Shown here one piece after another: positions 13,670 through 25,014 of a stretch of 64,000 nucleotides of DNA. Both the position numbers and the translations under genes were made by a program. Location: contig JBHGNT010000009.1 of the NCBI GenBank assembly GCA_043228905.1, positions 8,742,001-8,806,000 of the forward strand. The letters are read 5' to 3'. The notes under the pieces are model-generated. The model ran no database searches. It was not told the origin of the DNA and worked only from the letters and a program-made list of their open reading frames with translations. The stretch comes from Azolla caroliniana (Eukaryota; Plantae; Polypodiophyta). Each line of letters opens with the position of its first letter. Within the stretch, counting starts at the first letter, position 1.

Positions 13670-15962
13670 TATCACAGGACATGACCAAAATAATGTCAAG
13701 ATTCAAACTCTTCACCCCTTGTATATAGTCAAGTGTTATGTTCTAACCAACACATTCAAATACATAGTCATGTTATGTGTATCATTAGTATATTATTACT
13801 AGATTATCTATTTCAAGTTGCAGGAGTTTTTTGAAAGTTCTAGAACTAGAAGGTTCTAGAGGGTTCTCAAATATTCTCCAAAATATTCTAATGCATGTAC
13901 TTCAACTCATAGTATAAATACTTGTAGCTTCCTTGGTCCCTTTCAAGGGGTTCAACACCAGTCATTGACACATCAATCTAGTATTCTCGTTTCGCCTCAT
14001 CCTTGTCTCATTGATCTTCATTTCTATCTTCATACTCTTGTGTCACATCTAGCTCCAAGTTCATCCGTCACTCGTAGCCCTATCATCTGTGCTCCTTCCT
14101 AGTCCGCGCTTGGTGTGTCCATGACAGTTTGAATCCCTACCAACTAGAAGCATCACCCTTCTTCATCATCGTCCTTGCTTCTACAGTTACCATCGTCACC
14201 GTCCTTACTTCCAGAGCTACCGTCATCAGAATCCCTTCGTTTCCTATCTTCCTTGCCATCTCTATCTCCTAGTTTATTCTCATCGTTGTCTCAATCTTTT
14301 AGTTTCTTATCATCTTCTACATCCCTATCTTTGTGTGTCTTATCATATCTTCCATCATCCCTATCTTTGTGTTTCTTTTCATCCTCCACATATCTATCTC
14401 CGTGTTTCTTATCATCATCATCCCTGTCATTGTGTATTCTATCATCCTCTATATCTTTGTCTTTATGTTTCTTTTTATCCCTAACGTCTTGATCTATGTG
14501 TTTCTAATCCTCTTCATCAATTTCTCTGTTTCCATCATTGCCATAATCACAATCATTGCTTCCAGAGACACATCCTCAACATCATTGTCTTCATTGCTTC
14601 TTCTTCAACATCATCATCTTCAACACCTCTTGTTGTCTTCAACAACACTACTTTGCCTAGCCTTCATCGACATCAAGTTTTCTAGCTCCTGGTGAGGACC
14701 GCACAGGGTCGCACATGCACATTGGTGTTCCTACTCAAGTGAGGACCGCACATGGTCGCTCACGCACGTTGGTGTTCACGTCTTCGGTGAGGACTGTACA
14801 CGGTCTCTCATGCTCCTTGGTGGTCATGTTCCCAGTGAGGACTGTACACGGTCACTCAAGTCCATTGGTGTTCCAGTTCTTGGTGAGGACCACACATTGT
14901 CACTCACTTCCGTTGGTGTTCCAGTTCCTGGTGAGGACCACACATGGTCACTCATTTCCGTTGGTGTTCATGTCTCCGGTGGGGACCGCACATGGTCGCT
15001 CACGCATGTTGGTGTTCGTGTCTGCAGTGAGGACCGGACATGGTCGCTCACATTCGTTGGTGTTCCAGTCTCTGGTGAGGACCGCACATGGTCGCTCACG
15101 TCTGTTGGTGTTTGTGTCTCCGGTGAGGATGGCACATGGTCGCTCATGCCCATTCGTGTTCTAGTTCTCGGTGAGGACCATATATGGTCGCTCAAGTCCG
15201 TTGATGTTCTGGTTCCCGGTGAGGACCTCACATGGTCGCTCACACTTGTTGGTGTTCGTGTCTCCAGTGAGGACCTCACGTGGTCACTCACGCCCGTTCG
15301 TGTTCGTGTCTCCGGTGAGGATCATACATGGTCACTCTCACCCATTGTTGCTTCAATTCCTAATGAGGACCACACATGGTCGCTCATGTTCACTCGTGTT
15401 CCATTCTCCGGTGAGGACCACACATGGTCAACCACACCTCAACCTACTCTGGTTTTCTCTTTCAGCTCACCCCTACACCACGCTTCCGAAAAGGCGGTCG
15501 TGAAGGGGAGGATGATGTCACGGACATGACAACAGTCATGTCAAGATTCGAACTCTTCACCTCTTGTATATAGTCAAGTGTTATGTTCTAACCAACACAT
15601 CCAAATATATAGTCATGTTATGTGTATATTATTACTAGATTATCTATTTCAAGTTGCAGGAGTTTGTAGAAAGTTCTAGAACTATAAGGTTCTAGAGGGT
15701 TCTCGAATATTCTCTAGACTATTCTAATGCATGTACTTCAACTCGTAGTATAAATACTTGTAGCCACCTTGGTCCCTTTCAAGGGGTTCAACACCATTCA
15801 TTGACACATCAATCTCGTATTCTTGTTTTGCCTCATCCTTGTCTCATTGATCTTCATTTCTATCTTCATACTCTTGTGTCACATCTAGCTCCAAGTTCAT
15901 CCATCGCTCGTAGCCCTATCATCTATGCTCCGTCCTAGTCCGCACTTGGTGCGTCCGTGACA
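13670..15962 (+). mobile_element. Non-autonomous LTR element without coding domains; LTRs 13670-14126 and 15516-15962
   Basis: Homologous LTRs T(A/G)TCAC...TGACA; TSD AATGC/AATGC; PPT GTGAAGGGGAGGATGA 15500-15515; interior is CT-rich low complexity plus the 48-bp array. Confidence 0.92.
14691..15430 (+). repeat. 48-bp tandem array, ~15.5 units, each with a conserved palindromic core
   Basis: Consensus GGTGAGGACCRCACATGGTCRCTCACNYNYGTTGGTGTTCNNGTNYCY; first unit 14691, last 15410. Confidence 0.95.
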
Positions 15963-18900
15963 AATGCTTGTTGGGGAATGACTAGACACCTCTGCTTGAA
16001 CCTGTCACAGTCGAGATAACCAATCTTTTGCACTTGGATTCATTGAAACTCTAGGATGCTCCAAAAAAGGCCATCGAGGATGATAACCATTACATGCGAA
16101 GAATGACGTGACGTTACTAGAGGAATGCATTGAATTATTGTATGAAAACTTAGGGAAATGTAAAATATCCATTGTCGTGAAGAATTCTGGCTATGACAGA
16201 AAACAGAGCTGGATGCTCGTGAACGGGGATGTGTAAGAATGCATACGAACAAGGCTTTATGTATATAAATTCGATGTGTATATAAATATATATTTAACGT
16301 TGCGAAAAACAAGAATAATAAAGTACGAGACAGAGATAGTATATCGGTGCTTTAAATGGGTCGAATGTTGATGACAACACATTGGGGAGAGGATCATGGA
16401 ATAGATCTCTAACCAAACGGCTCCATTTAACATTGATGCAACTGTCCTCCCCTGGTGTTATAAAAGGGGAAGAACATATCTGTTCTGGGGGGGATCATTT
16501 AGGAGGCAGAAGCAATGTCAGATTGCCGAGTCGACTACTCATTTCTTGCTTTCAGGCCGTCTATCGTTGTACAGTGAGTGTTATGTTCGTGTTGGAAGCC
16601 CATGTGCTCCCGACTAGAGGCTTACTAGGGTTCATGTGTGTGTGTGTGGACAGCTTGAAGCTCTGTTGTTGGCCAAGTCCGGTTGTATTTTCTATTATTT
16701 TAAGTTAATCGATTATTTTGTGGCTCTCGGATCCCTTGGGTCTTTCTGTCTCTGTTCGTATCCTCATCTCTATTCCCTTCCTCTTGCACACATAACTGAG
16801 CATCCGAGCCAATGTGCTCATCGTCTGGTATCTGGTGACGGGTCTGAAACATCATATGTGCCTGAGCCCATGTGCTCATAATTTGGCATCCGCTGACTAG
16901 CCCGGATCGTTTACGTGTTGACCTGTGTGTCGGCAAAGTTATCCGAAAATCAATCCAGATAATCATTTCACACTCTCTCTATCTCTACCGGCTCCTTCAT
17001 TCAAGACCTCGGCGGTCCCGCCCCGTTCCGACACACGCGCGTAGAAAAACCGTGACATCTTTGGTGAACCCGACGTGAAAGGAGGCGACAAAGGAGTCGA
17101 GATGAGGGGAACTGAGCTCATGGAAGCAATGGCGGCGGTTGTCGACAAGGCCATAGAGACAATAGTTGGCACAATAGGCCGATTTAATGGAAAGGACATG
17201 ACAAGCTACATGGAGGCTTGTAGGGCCGAAATGATAATGAGGGTCATCCTGGAAGACAAACGACTGTTTGGATTCCCATGGGTCGTAACACCGAGCATCC
17301 ACATGGAAGTGCTCGAGCCACTTGATCGGGAAAAGGTAGGTCTCCTATTGGAGACGGATGAAGGGCTCAGGGCCAATTGGGCCGTGGTCAAAACGCTTTG
17401 TAGCCGTTTCGACAAATGGCATGAATGGAATGACGCGGGGTCATCGATAGCCGGCCCAATTTCCGGGAAGAGGTTGGAGGAGATTATGACTCAGTTGGGC
17501 AAGACAAGAAGGTGGCTCGAGTCGGGCCCGGTTCCGACCAATGTAGTCGAGGGACCATCTGGTGGTGTAGTTCTGGAAGAGATGACGAAGATTGAACTCG
17601 ATCGGCAGATCACATAGGCTCCAAGAGATGGTGGGGGTCAGTCGCATGACCGGGGCCCACCGAATGACCTCAAGTGCATGTGGTGCGATGGCGTCAGCAT
17701 ATCCAGAGGGACTGTGCCGACTTCGTTGAGGTGCTTAAGAATAACGCAGTGTACCTTTGGAATAGCCGGGTACATGTGAGCGAGACGCGGAGGCTATTGG
17801 AAATAAACACCAATCGGGGCAGAATGAAAAGGCTGATGGAGGAGGTTGCGACACGGCACGCAGAGACCATCCATTACTTGGTGTCAGGTGGTATTCAAGT
17901 CAACGAAGACAAGGGCACCAGCTCTAGAACCGACACCGGATTTTGGCTGGTGAATCTTGTAGGCTTCTCCGAGAAGAAGCTAAGGAAGGAAGAGGCAGGT
18001 CTATGAGGTCACCGGATGGGGTGATCTGGTAAAAGAAAGCATCGGCTTCGTGGAGGCCGCATGCTAGAACTACGAAGTTCTAGTGGAGAACAAACAGGTC
18101 GGAAAGGCCTTCGAATCGGTATGGCACCCCGAGCAGCCCAAGGAAGACTAATGTCGGTTCGGCTGACTGACAAGAGAAAGAGAAGATGAAGTTCTCGGGC
18201 TTCCGGCTAAGCTCGGAGATTGAGAAGACAACAAACCTGCATAAGGTCTTAGAGGAACGAATCCTCGACAATTGGGTGGAGCTCTCATTACAAAAAGTAC
18301 TGGAAATTCCGAAGAAAGAGTTCCACGACTCAATCATGGACCTAGTGAAGAGGAAGCGCCTCTCGACGGAGCCTGAAAACATGAAGCCGGTTGAGGTAAA
18401 AGCCGCACATATTGATGAAGTGGTGGTAGAAGATGACTATGTTGATAGCCACTACCTGAAGCCACATTGGACGAGAGTGACAACGAAGACACCGATCCGG
18501 ATCAGTGATGTGCAGAAGCCGGTGGCGGCACTAATCAACCACGGATCTGAGATCAACCTGATGTCAATGGAATTTTAGAAGAAGGGTAAGTGGCCGATTA
18601 ACACGAAACATGATCGCGATTGTCTAGACAGACACCGGAAACCCCACACTTGTATAATAGGTAGAAAATTTTGTCTTTGTGAAAACAGAGGATGTAGAGT
18701 AGTCGGCGTTGTCAGCCGAGAAAAGCAACAAGTCGAAAGGCATTTGAAGGAGTGCAGAGCCTTGGACCCCGATGACTTGATAAGAGGCGTCGTGGAGGCA
18801 GTCTCTTTCGTCGACACTCTCGAGGACATCGAGAAGGTGGTCGAGGAAGGCTTGAGCAAAGACCGGACGATACCGGTTGGTTCAATGGAAATGTATGAGG

Positions 18901-20329
18901 AGATAGAGAAGTTCGGACTACCCGAGTCAATATGAAGTACAAGACTGTGGATCGGAAAGTGAGGCCAGTCGTGGCACCCTTACCAGAGGACAACTGGGAG
19001 TGAATGAATGGGGTCACGATCGACCCAAGCCTACGAGATCCGGTCGGTATAGGGCACCAGTTCATCGACGAGACACTACGGAAGTTGAAGATCAGTGGGG
19101 GTGGCTTTCTATTGCTGGCGGAGGAAGACCGATTCCAAAGAATGTTCGAATGGCACGAGAAAGCCTTTGCATTCTCGCTGGGGAAGATTGGGTGCATCAA
19201 CTGAACCATCGTCAAACCGATGGTGATATTCACGGTACCGCATGTATCGCGGAACATGAAGCCGATTCTGGTGCTGAGAGCTCACATCCCAAAGCTGATG
19301 GAGCTACTCAAGGAGAAGATTGACATGGGGATCCTTGAACCGTCGAGTGCCCCTTATTCAAATCAGTGGTTCACTTTGTTGAAAAAGAACGACACATTGC
19401 ACTTCATTCAGGACCTGCAACCGATCAACAAGGTGACCATTTGAAATGCAAGAGTTGATCCGATGATCGATGAGTTCACGAAGGCCTTAGTCAAAAGATC
19501 TATCTACTCAGTTGGAGACTTGTATTCCAGGTACAACCAATTCCAACTAGTCGTCGAAAGCAGGGACATAATGACGATGCAGACCCCTCTCGGCTTAGTT
19601 CGGATGTGTACCCTGCCTCAAGGAGGCATGAATTCAATGGCAAACATGGTGAATGCAATAAATAAGGTGTTGAAGGACTACATTCCGGGCATCCGGAGGA
19701 AATGAAAGATGAATCAGTCGAGAGGGATGGATGTTGAAAGTTCGTGGCCGACCACATCGCCGACTACGAGAAGATACCCGGCTAACCTTTTTTGGAGAGA
19801 AGTCAGCTTTCGGGCAGTCAAAGATCGTGGTGGTCAGCTTTCGGACAATATGGTCAGAAACCGTCTCCGACAAAGATCGGGGCCATCTCAGCCATGAAGG
19901 AGGAATGTCGGTTGACCACTGAGGTTCGGTTGTTCTTAGGGGTATGTGCCTTCTACCACATCTGGATCCCACATTATGCACATATTACTGAGTGACTGTA
20001 TGGCTTGTTGAAGAAGAGGTGGAAGTTCAAGTGGACAGAACAACACTCTGAGGCGGTTCGAAGATTGAAGGGGATGTTGACGGCAACACCAGCTCTCTAA
20101 AAAGTGGTATACTGGAAGGACACTCTAATCTATGTGACGGTCGACGTGAGTCCAACCGAAATCAGATGGATAATCAACCAGGAGGATGAAGGCGGAACGA
20201 GATTCGCCATCCGGTTCGGAGTAAAGGTCCTAAGCGAGAAGCAACAAGGATGTGTTGGGATTTCGGTCCCTCCGGATGGGATGTCCCCGGAGATAAATGA
20301 CGGCAAGCCCGGTTGCGGTTACGGAACCG

Positions 20330-20450
20330 GACGATGAAGAGTACCCGGCATGAAGCCGGATGAAGTGTACCCGGATGCGGATCCGGATGATGAAGAGTAT
20401 CCGGATACGGATCCGGATGATGAAGAGTACCCGGATACGGATCCGGATGC
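20330..20450 (+). repeat. ~30-bp tandem repeat in U3 of the copia LTR (also ~25102-25222)
   Basis: GGATGATGAAGAGTAYCCGGATACGGATCC in 3-4 copies. Confidence 0.8.
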
Positions 20451-20940
20451 GGGGACATATTTGTGAATATGTTTGCCAAGGGCCCTTGAGGCTATATTTG
20501 TAAATAGCCCGAAAGTCATATGTGTATAAATATGACTTAGGGCAAACAGTTTATGTTGCTACTCATTTTTTTGTTTTTCCACTCAAGAGGAGTGAAGAGG
20601 AAGCAGCCGAGAGAGAGAGAGAGATAGAGCGAGAGAGAGACGAAGAGGTAGACGCCTCTGTGTATTTCCGCCGCCTGTGGCGAGGACAGCGAGTTCAAGG
20701 TCGTTGCCTTGCAGCTCGCCATTGTATATTTCTCTGTGCATAGTTTGGTTTGGAGTCACGCACTCCCGTGGTTTTTCCCGTATAGGGTTTTCCACGTTAA
20801 TCCCTGTGTATCGCGTCTTTCTCTGTATTTCCTATTTTCTGCTGCATTGATCCGCGATTACTCGGTTGTGGCCGAGCGGAGAAGGTGAATCGAGGACGGT
20901 GATTCCTTACAAACTGGTATCAGAGCGACTGTTGCAGAAA

Positions 20941-23900
20941 ATGGAAGGCGGCGGCAGCGCACAGCCGATGATGATGGTGCTGAATGCACAGAATTACGCC
21001 GACTGGAAGATCAAGATGGAGGATCTTCTGATTGTTCGGGACCTGTACGAACCGATTGACAGGTCGGAAATACCGAAAGGGGTACTTGAGTCAGAGTGGA
21101 AGCTCCTGAACCGGAAAGCCGTAGCGACGATCCGACAATATGTCGATGTAAGCGTCCTACAACACGTGGCGAACGACACCAACGCATACGAGATGTGGAA
21201 GAAGCTGTCGGGCCTCTACGAGAGGAAGAATGCGTTGAATCGGACCTCCCTGATGAGGAAGATAGTGAATCTCAAGTACCGGGACGGCGAGAGTATGGTG
21301 GAACACGTAAGCACGTTCATGGGATTCGTGAATCAGCTTGCGGCGATCAAGTTCCCGTTGGAGGATGCAATGCAAGCCATCATCCTGATGTGTACATTGC
21401 CGGAAAGCTGGGAGAACTTGGTGGTGACTCTCAGCACCTCGTGCACCGAAGATAACTTGTCCTTACAAACTGTAAAGACAAGTATTCTGAATGAAGAAGC
21501 GCGTCGGAGAGATAAGGAACCGGCCTCCGACCCGAAGATGCTGTTTACCGAATCGGATCGGGGAAGACAATGGAACCGGAGTCCGCAAAGACGGGAGAAG
21601 TCGGGGACCCGGTCGCAGTCAAGAGGAAGGCCCACATGCTTCCACTGTGGGAAGCCGGGGCACTTCCGGAAGAATTGTCGGCATTACCGAAAAGACAACG
21701 GAGCCGACGACACCGATTCGAAGAAGTCACCAGAGAGAAACGGTGCATACCGGGGAGCCACGGACCGGAGAGGTTCGGATCGGCAAGGGCAGGACCGGAA
21801 AGGAACAACGGCACTCGCGGCAAGTGAGGAAGAAATCATGCTCATCACCGAAGAAGGTGAGCTAAACGTTGCCGGCGATGAGACGACCTGGGTGGTCGAT
21901 TCCGGAGCATCGTTCCACCTGACCCCGGAGAGAAGATACTTCTCATCCTACACAGCCGGTGAGCATGGCTGTGTTCGGATGGGAAATGAAGGTACGTGCC
22001 GGATTGCCGGCGTAGGAGACGTGTGGTTGACAACCCCGACCGGATGCAAAATGCTGCTGAAGGATGTCCGACACGTTCCGGAGGTTCGACTGAACCTGAT
22101 TTCGGCCGGGAGGCTAGACGATGAAGGCTACACAGGTAGCATCCGGAACGGCGTAATGAAGTTCAGCAAAGGGAGCCTGATAGTGGCTCGGGCCCGGAAG
22201 ATCAACACACTGTACCTGATGAATGCCCGGTTGTGTCCGGAAGAGTTGAACGTGGCAGCCGACACTGCCGGTGAGCTGTGGCACAAGAGACTGTGCCACA
22301 TGAGTGAGAAAGGGATGAAGAGGCTTGCAGAAGACAACCTTATTCCAGTGAAGCATGTGCACCTGGAGAAGTGCACCGATTGCCTGGCCGGTAAGCAGAA
22401 CCGAACCTCTTTCCACTCAAGGCCACCGACGAGACGTGGCGCACCATTGGAGTTGGTGCACACTGATGTGTGTCAGGTAGAAACGAAGTCACATGGCGGA
22501 GCCCAGTACTTCGTAACCTTCATAGATGATCACAGCCGAAGACTGTGGACGGCACCGTTGAAGACAAAGGACCAAGTGTTGTCCGTCTTCAAAGAACTCC
22601 ATGCAAGAGTGGAAAGAGAATCCGGCAAGAAGCTGAAAGCGATACGAGCGGATAACGGAGGGGAATACCGGGGGCAGTTCCAGGAGTACTGTCGCTCGAA
22701 GGGAATCCGACTCGAGTTTACTGTGCCGAAGACGCCGGAACTGAACGGGCTGGCCGAGAGGATGAACCGGACCATAATGGAGAGGGTCCGGAGTATGCTG
22801 GCGCATGCGAAATTACCCAAGGGATTTTGGGCTGAGGCAATGTCGACGGCGACATATGTGATAAATAGATCACCCTCAGTACCTTTGGACGGAGACACGC
22901 CGCAGAGAGTGTGGACCGGTAGGGAAGTATCCTACCGGCATCTGAAGGTGTTCGGGTGTCTCGCATATGTGCATGTGGCAAAGGACCGGAGAGGAAAGCT
23001 AGATCCAAAGACCCGTCCATGCATATTCCTCGGTTACGGCGACGACGAGTTCGGCTACCGAGTGTGGGACCCGGTCGACAAGAAGATATTCAGGAGTCGT
23101 GATATCATCTTCATGGAGGACAAGACACTCGCCGACTGGGAGTCGGAGAAGAAGATGAAGAGCTCCAAGTCGACCGGTGAGAATCAACTCTACGAGGAGC
23201 AGTCCCGACCGGCAAGGGACCGGTTAGCACTCGAGGATCCGGCCGAAGACGGTGAAGAAACAGAACCGGCCGAAGAAGATGAAAATGATACCGGAACCGG
23301 CCCCGATCCCGAAACGGATTCGGATGAAGAAGAATCGGAAGAACCGGTTACCGAAGCTCCGGAACGGAGATATCCTCTAAGAGAGAGAAGGGCCCCCCGG
23401 AGATTTCCGGAACCAGAGCACGTGCTGCTAACCGACGAGGGGGAGCCGGAGAGCTTTGAAGAAGCAAAGCATGACACCAAGAGCCGCAGGTGGTTGAGTG
23501 CCATGCAGGACGAGATGGATTCCCTGCATGAGAACCACACATATGAACTTGTGGAGTTGCCGAAAGGAAAGCGGGCACTTCGAAACAAGTGGGTGTTCAA
23601 GCTGAAACCGGGAGATGCCGGAAACCCCTCGAGATACAAAGCCAGGATCGTGGTGAAGGGGTTTCAGCAGAAGAAGGGCGTCGACTTCGACGAGATATTC
23701 GCCCCGGTAGTGAAGATGACCTCCATTCGGACGGTGCTGAGCATAGCGGCAAGCATGGACCTCGAGGTAGAACAGATGGACGTGAAGACGACATTCCTTC
23801 ACGGTGACCTCGAAGAAGAGATATACATGCAGCAACCGGAAGGATTTGAGAAGAAAGGGAAGGAGCACCTGGTATGCCGGTTGAAGAAGAGCCTTTACGG

Positions 23901-25014
23901 ACTGAAGCAGGCTCCCCGGCAATGGTACCGGAAGTTTGACTCCTTCATGACCGACGAAGGGTACCTCAAAACGCAGTCCGACCACTGCGTGTTTGTGAAG
24001 AAGTTCGAAGGAGGAGACTTTCTAATACTCCTCCTGTACGTGGACGACATGTTGATCGTCGGACGGGACCAGGTCAAGATACGGATGCTGAAGAAGGCTC
24101 TTCACCGAACCTTCTCAATGAAGGACCTGGGTCAGGCGAGGCAAATATTAGGGATGCACATCATCCGGGACCGGAAGAAGAAGCAGTTGTGGCTGTCACA
24201 GGAGAAGTACGTGACGAAGGTGCTTCACCGGTTCAACATGTCGGAGGCAAGACCGGTCGGATCGACCCTCCCGGCAAACTGCAAGCTGTCCAGCAAGCAA
24301 AGCCCCAAGACAAAGGCTGAAAAGGAGGATATGATGAAAGTGCCGTATGCCTCAGCCGTCGGGAGCTTGATGTACGCCATGGTGTGTACGAGACCGGACA
24401 TCGGATATGCAGTCGGAGTGGTGAGCCGGTACATGAGCAATCCCGGCAAAGAGCATTGGAACGCGATCAAGTGGATACTCCGATACCTGAAGGGCACAGC
24501 GAATGTGTGCCTCCGATTCGGCTCCGGTAAACCCGAACTCGACGGTTTCACCGATTCGGATATGTCGGCTGATGTAGATACCAGCCGGTCCACGTCAGGG
24601 TATGTGATGACGTATGCAGGGGGAGCCGTTTCGTGGCAGTCGAGGCTGCAGAAGACGGTTGCGTTGTCAACCACGGAGGCGGAGTACATGGCAGCTGTTG
24701 AAGCCGGCAAGGAAGTAATATGGATGAAGGACTTCATTAGAGAGCTCGGTATCCGGCAGGAGGAGTACCGACTCTACTGCGACAGTCAAAGTGCAATCCA
24801 CCTTGCGAAGAACGCGGCCTATCACTCCCGGACGAAGCACATCCAGCGAAGATATCACTGGATCCGGGAAAGGATAGAAGACAAGGAGTTCGTGCTGACA
24901 AAGATCCACACGGACGAGAACGGGTCGGATATGCTGACCAAGGTGCTCAAACCCGACAAGCTGGAAGCATGCCGGAAGAGGATCGGATTGGAGAGACATC
25001 CCATGCCGAAGTGA
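20941..25014 (+). CDS. gag-pol: Copia Gag-Pol polyprotein (gag, CCHC knuckle, PR, INT, RT, RNase H), uninterrupted
   Basis: First ATG after the PBS; CFHCGKPGHFRKNC; WVVDSGASFH; WHKRLCH..CTDC; VHTDV, IRADNGGEY, GLAERMNRT; YVDDML; FTDSD, TEAEY, YCDSQSAI. Confidence 0.97.
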   Translation: MEGGGSAQPMMMVLNAQNYADWKIKMEDLLIVRDLYEPIDRSEIPKGVLESEWKLLNRKAVATIRQYVDVSVLQHVANDTNAYEMWKKLSGLYERKNALNRTSLMRKIVNLKYRDGESMVEHVSTFMGFVNQLAAIKFPLEDAMQAIILMCTLPESWENLVVTLSTSCTEDNLSLQTVKTSILNEEARRRDKEPASDPKMLFTESDRGRQWNRSPQRREKSGTRSQSRGRPTCFHCGKPGHFRKNCRHYRKDNGADDTDSKKSPERNGAYRGATDRRGSDRQGQDRKGTTALAASEEEIMLITEEGELNVAGDETTWVVDSGASFHLTPERRYFSSYTAGEHGCVRMGNEGTCRIAGVGDVWLTTPTGCKMLLKDVRHVPEVRLNLISAGRLDDEGYTGSIRNGVMKFSKGSLIVARARKINTLYLMNARLCPEELNVAADTAGELWHKRLCHMSEKGMKRLAEDNLIPVKHVHLEKCTDCLAGKQNRTSFHSRPPTRRGAPLELVHTDVCQVETKSHGGAQYFVTFIDDHSRRLWTAPLKTKDQVLSVFKELHARVERESGKKLKAIRADNGGEYRGQFQEYCRSKGIRLEFTVPKTPELNGLAERMNRTIMERVRSMLAHAKLPKGFWAEAMSTATYVINRSPSVPLDGDTPQRVWTGREVSYRHLKVFGCLAYVHVAKDRRGKLDPKTRPCIFLGYGDDEFGYRVWDPVDKKIFRSRDIIFMEDKTLADWESEKKMKSSKSTGENQLYEEQSRPARDRLALEDPAEDGEETEPAEEDENDTGTGPDPETDSDEEESEEPVTEAPERRYPLRERRAPRRFPEPEHVLLTDEGEPESFEEAKHDTKSRRWLSAMQDEMDSLHENHTYELVELPKGKRALRNKWVFKLKPGDAGNPSRYKARIVVKGFQQKKGVDFDEIFAPVVKMTSIRTVLSIAASMDLEVEQMDVKTTFLHGDLEEEIYMQQPEGFEKKGKEHLVCRLKKSLYGLKQAPRQWYRKFDSFMTDEGYLKTQSDHCVFVKKFEGGDFLILLLYVDDMLIVGRDQVKIRMLKKALHRTFSMKDLGQARQILGMHIIRDRKKKQLWLSQEKYVTKVLHRFNMSEARPVGSTLPANCKLSSKQSPKTKAEKEDMMKVPYASAVGSLMYAMVCTRPDIGYAVGVVSRYMSNPGKEHWNAIKWILRYLKGTANVCLRFGSGKPELDGFTDSDMSADVDTSRSTSGYVMTYAGGAVSWQSRLQKTVALSTTEAEYMAAVEAGKEVIWMKDFIRELGIRQEEYRLYCDSQSAIHLAKNAAYHSRTKHIQRRYHWIRERIEDKEFVLTKIHTDENGSDMLTKVLKPDKLEACRKRIGLERHPMPK

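Noticed and set aside
14691-15430. CRISPR array (palindromic repeats plus spacers)
   Set aside because: Linkers are homologous to each other, the context is a eukaryotic LTR element, and there are no cas genes
14715-15529. Repeat-protein ORFs (16-aa repeats)
   Set aside because: Several frames on both strands are open only because the unit is 48 bp; no sign of one conserved coding frame
20866-20940. N-terminal extension of the copia ORF from the TTG start
   Set aside because: Lies in the LTR and PBS; ATG 20941 is the plausible start
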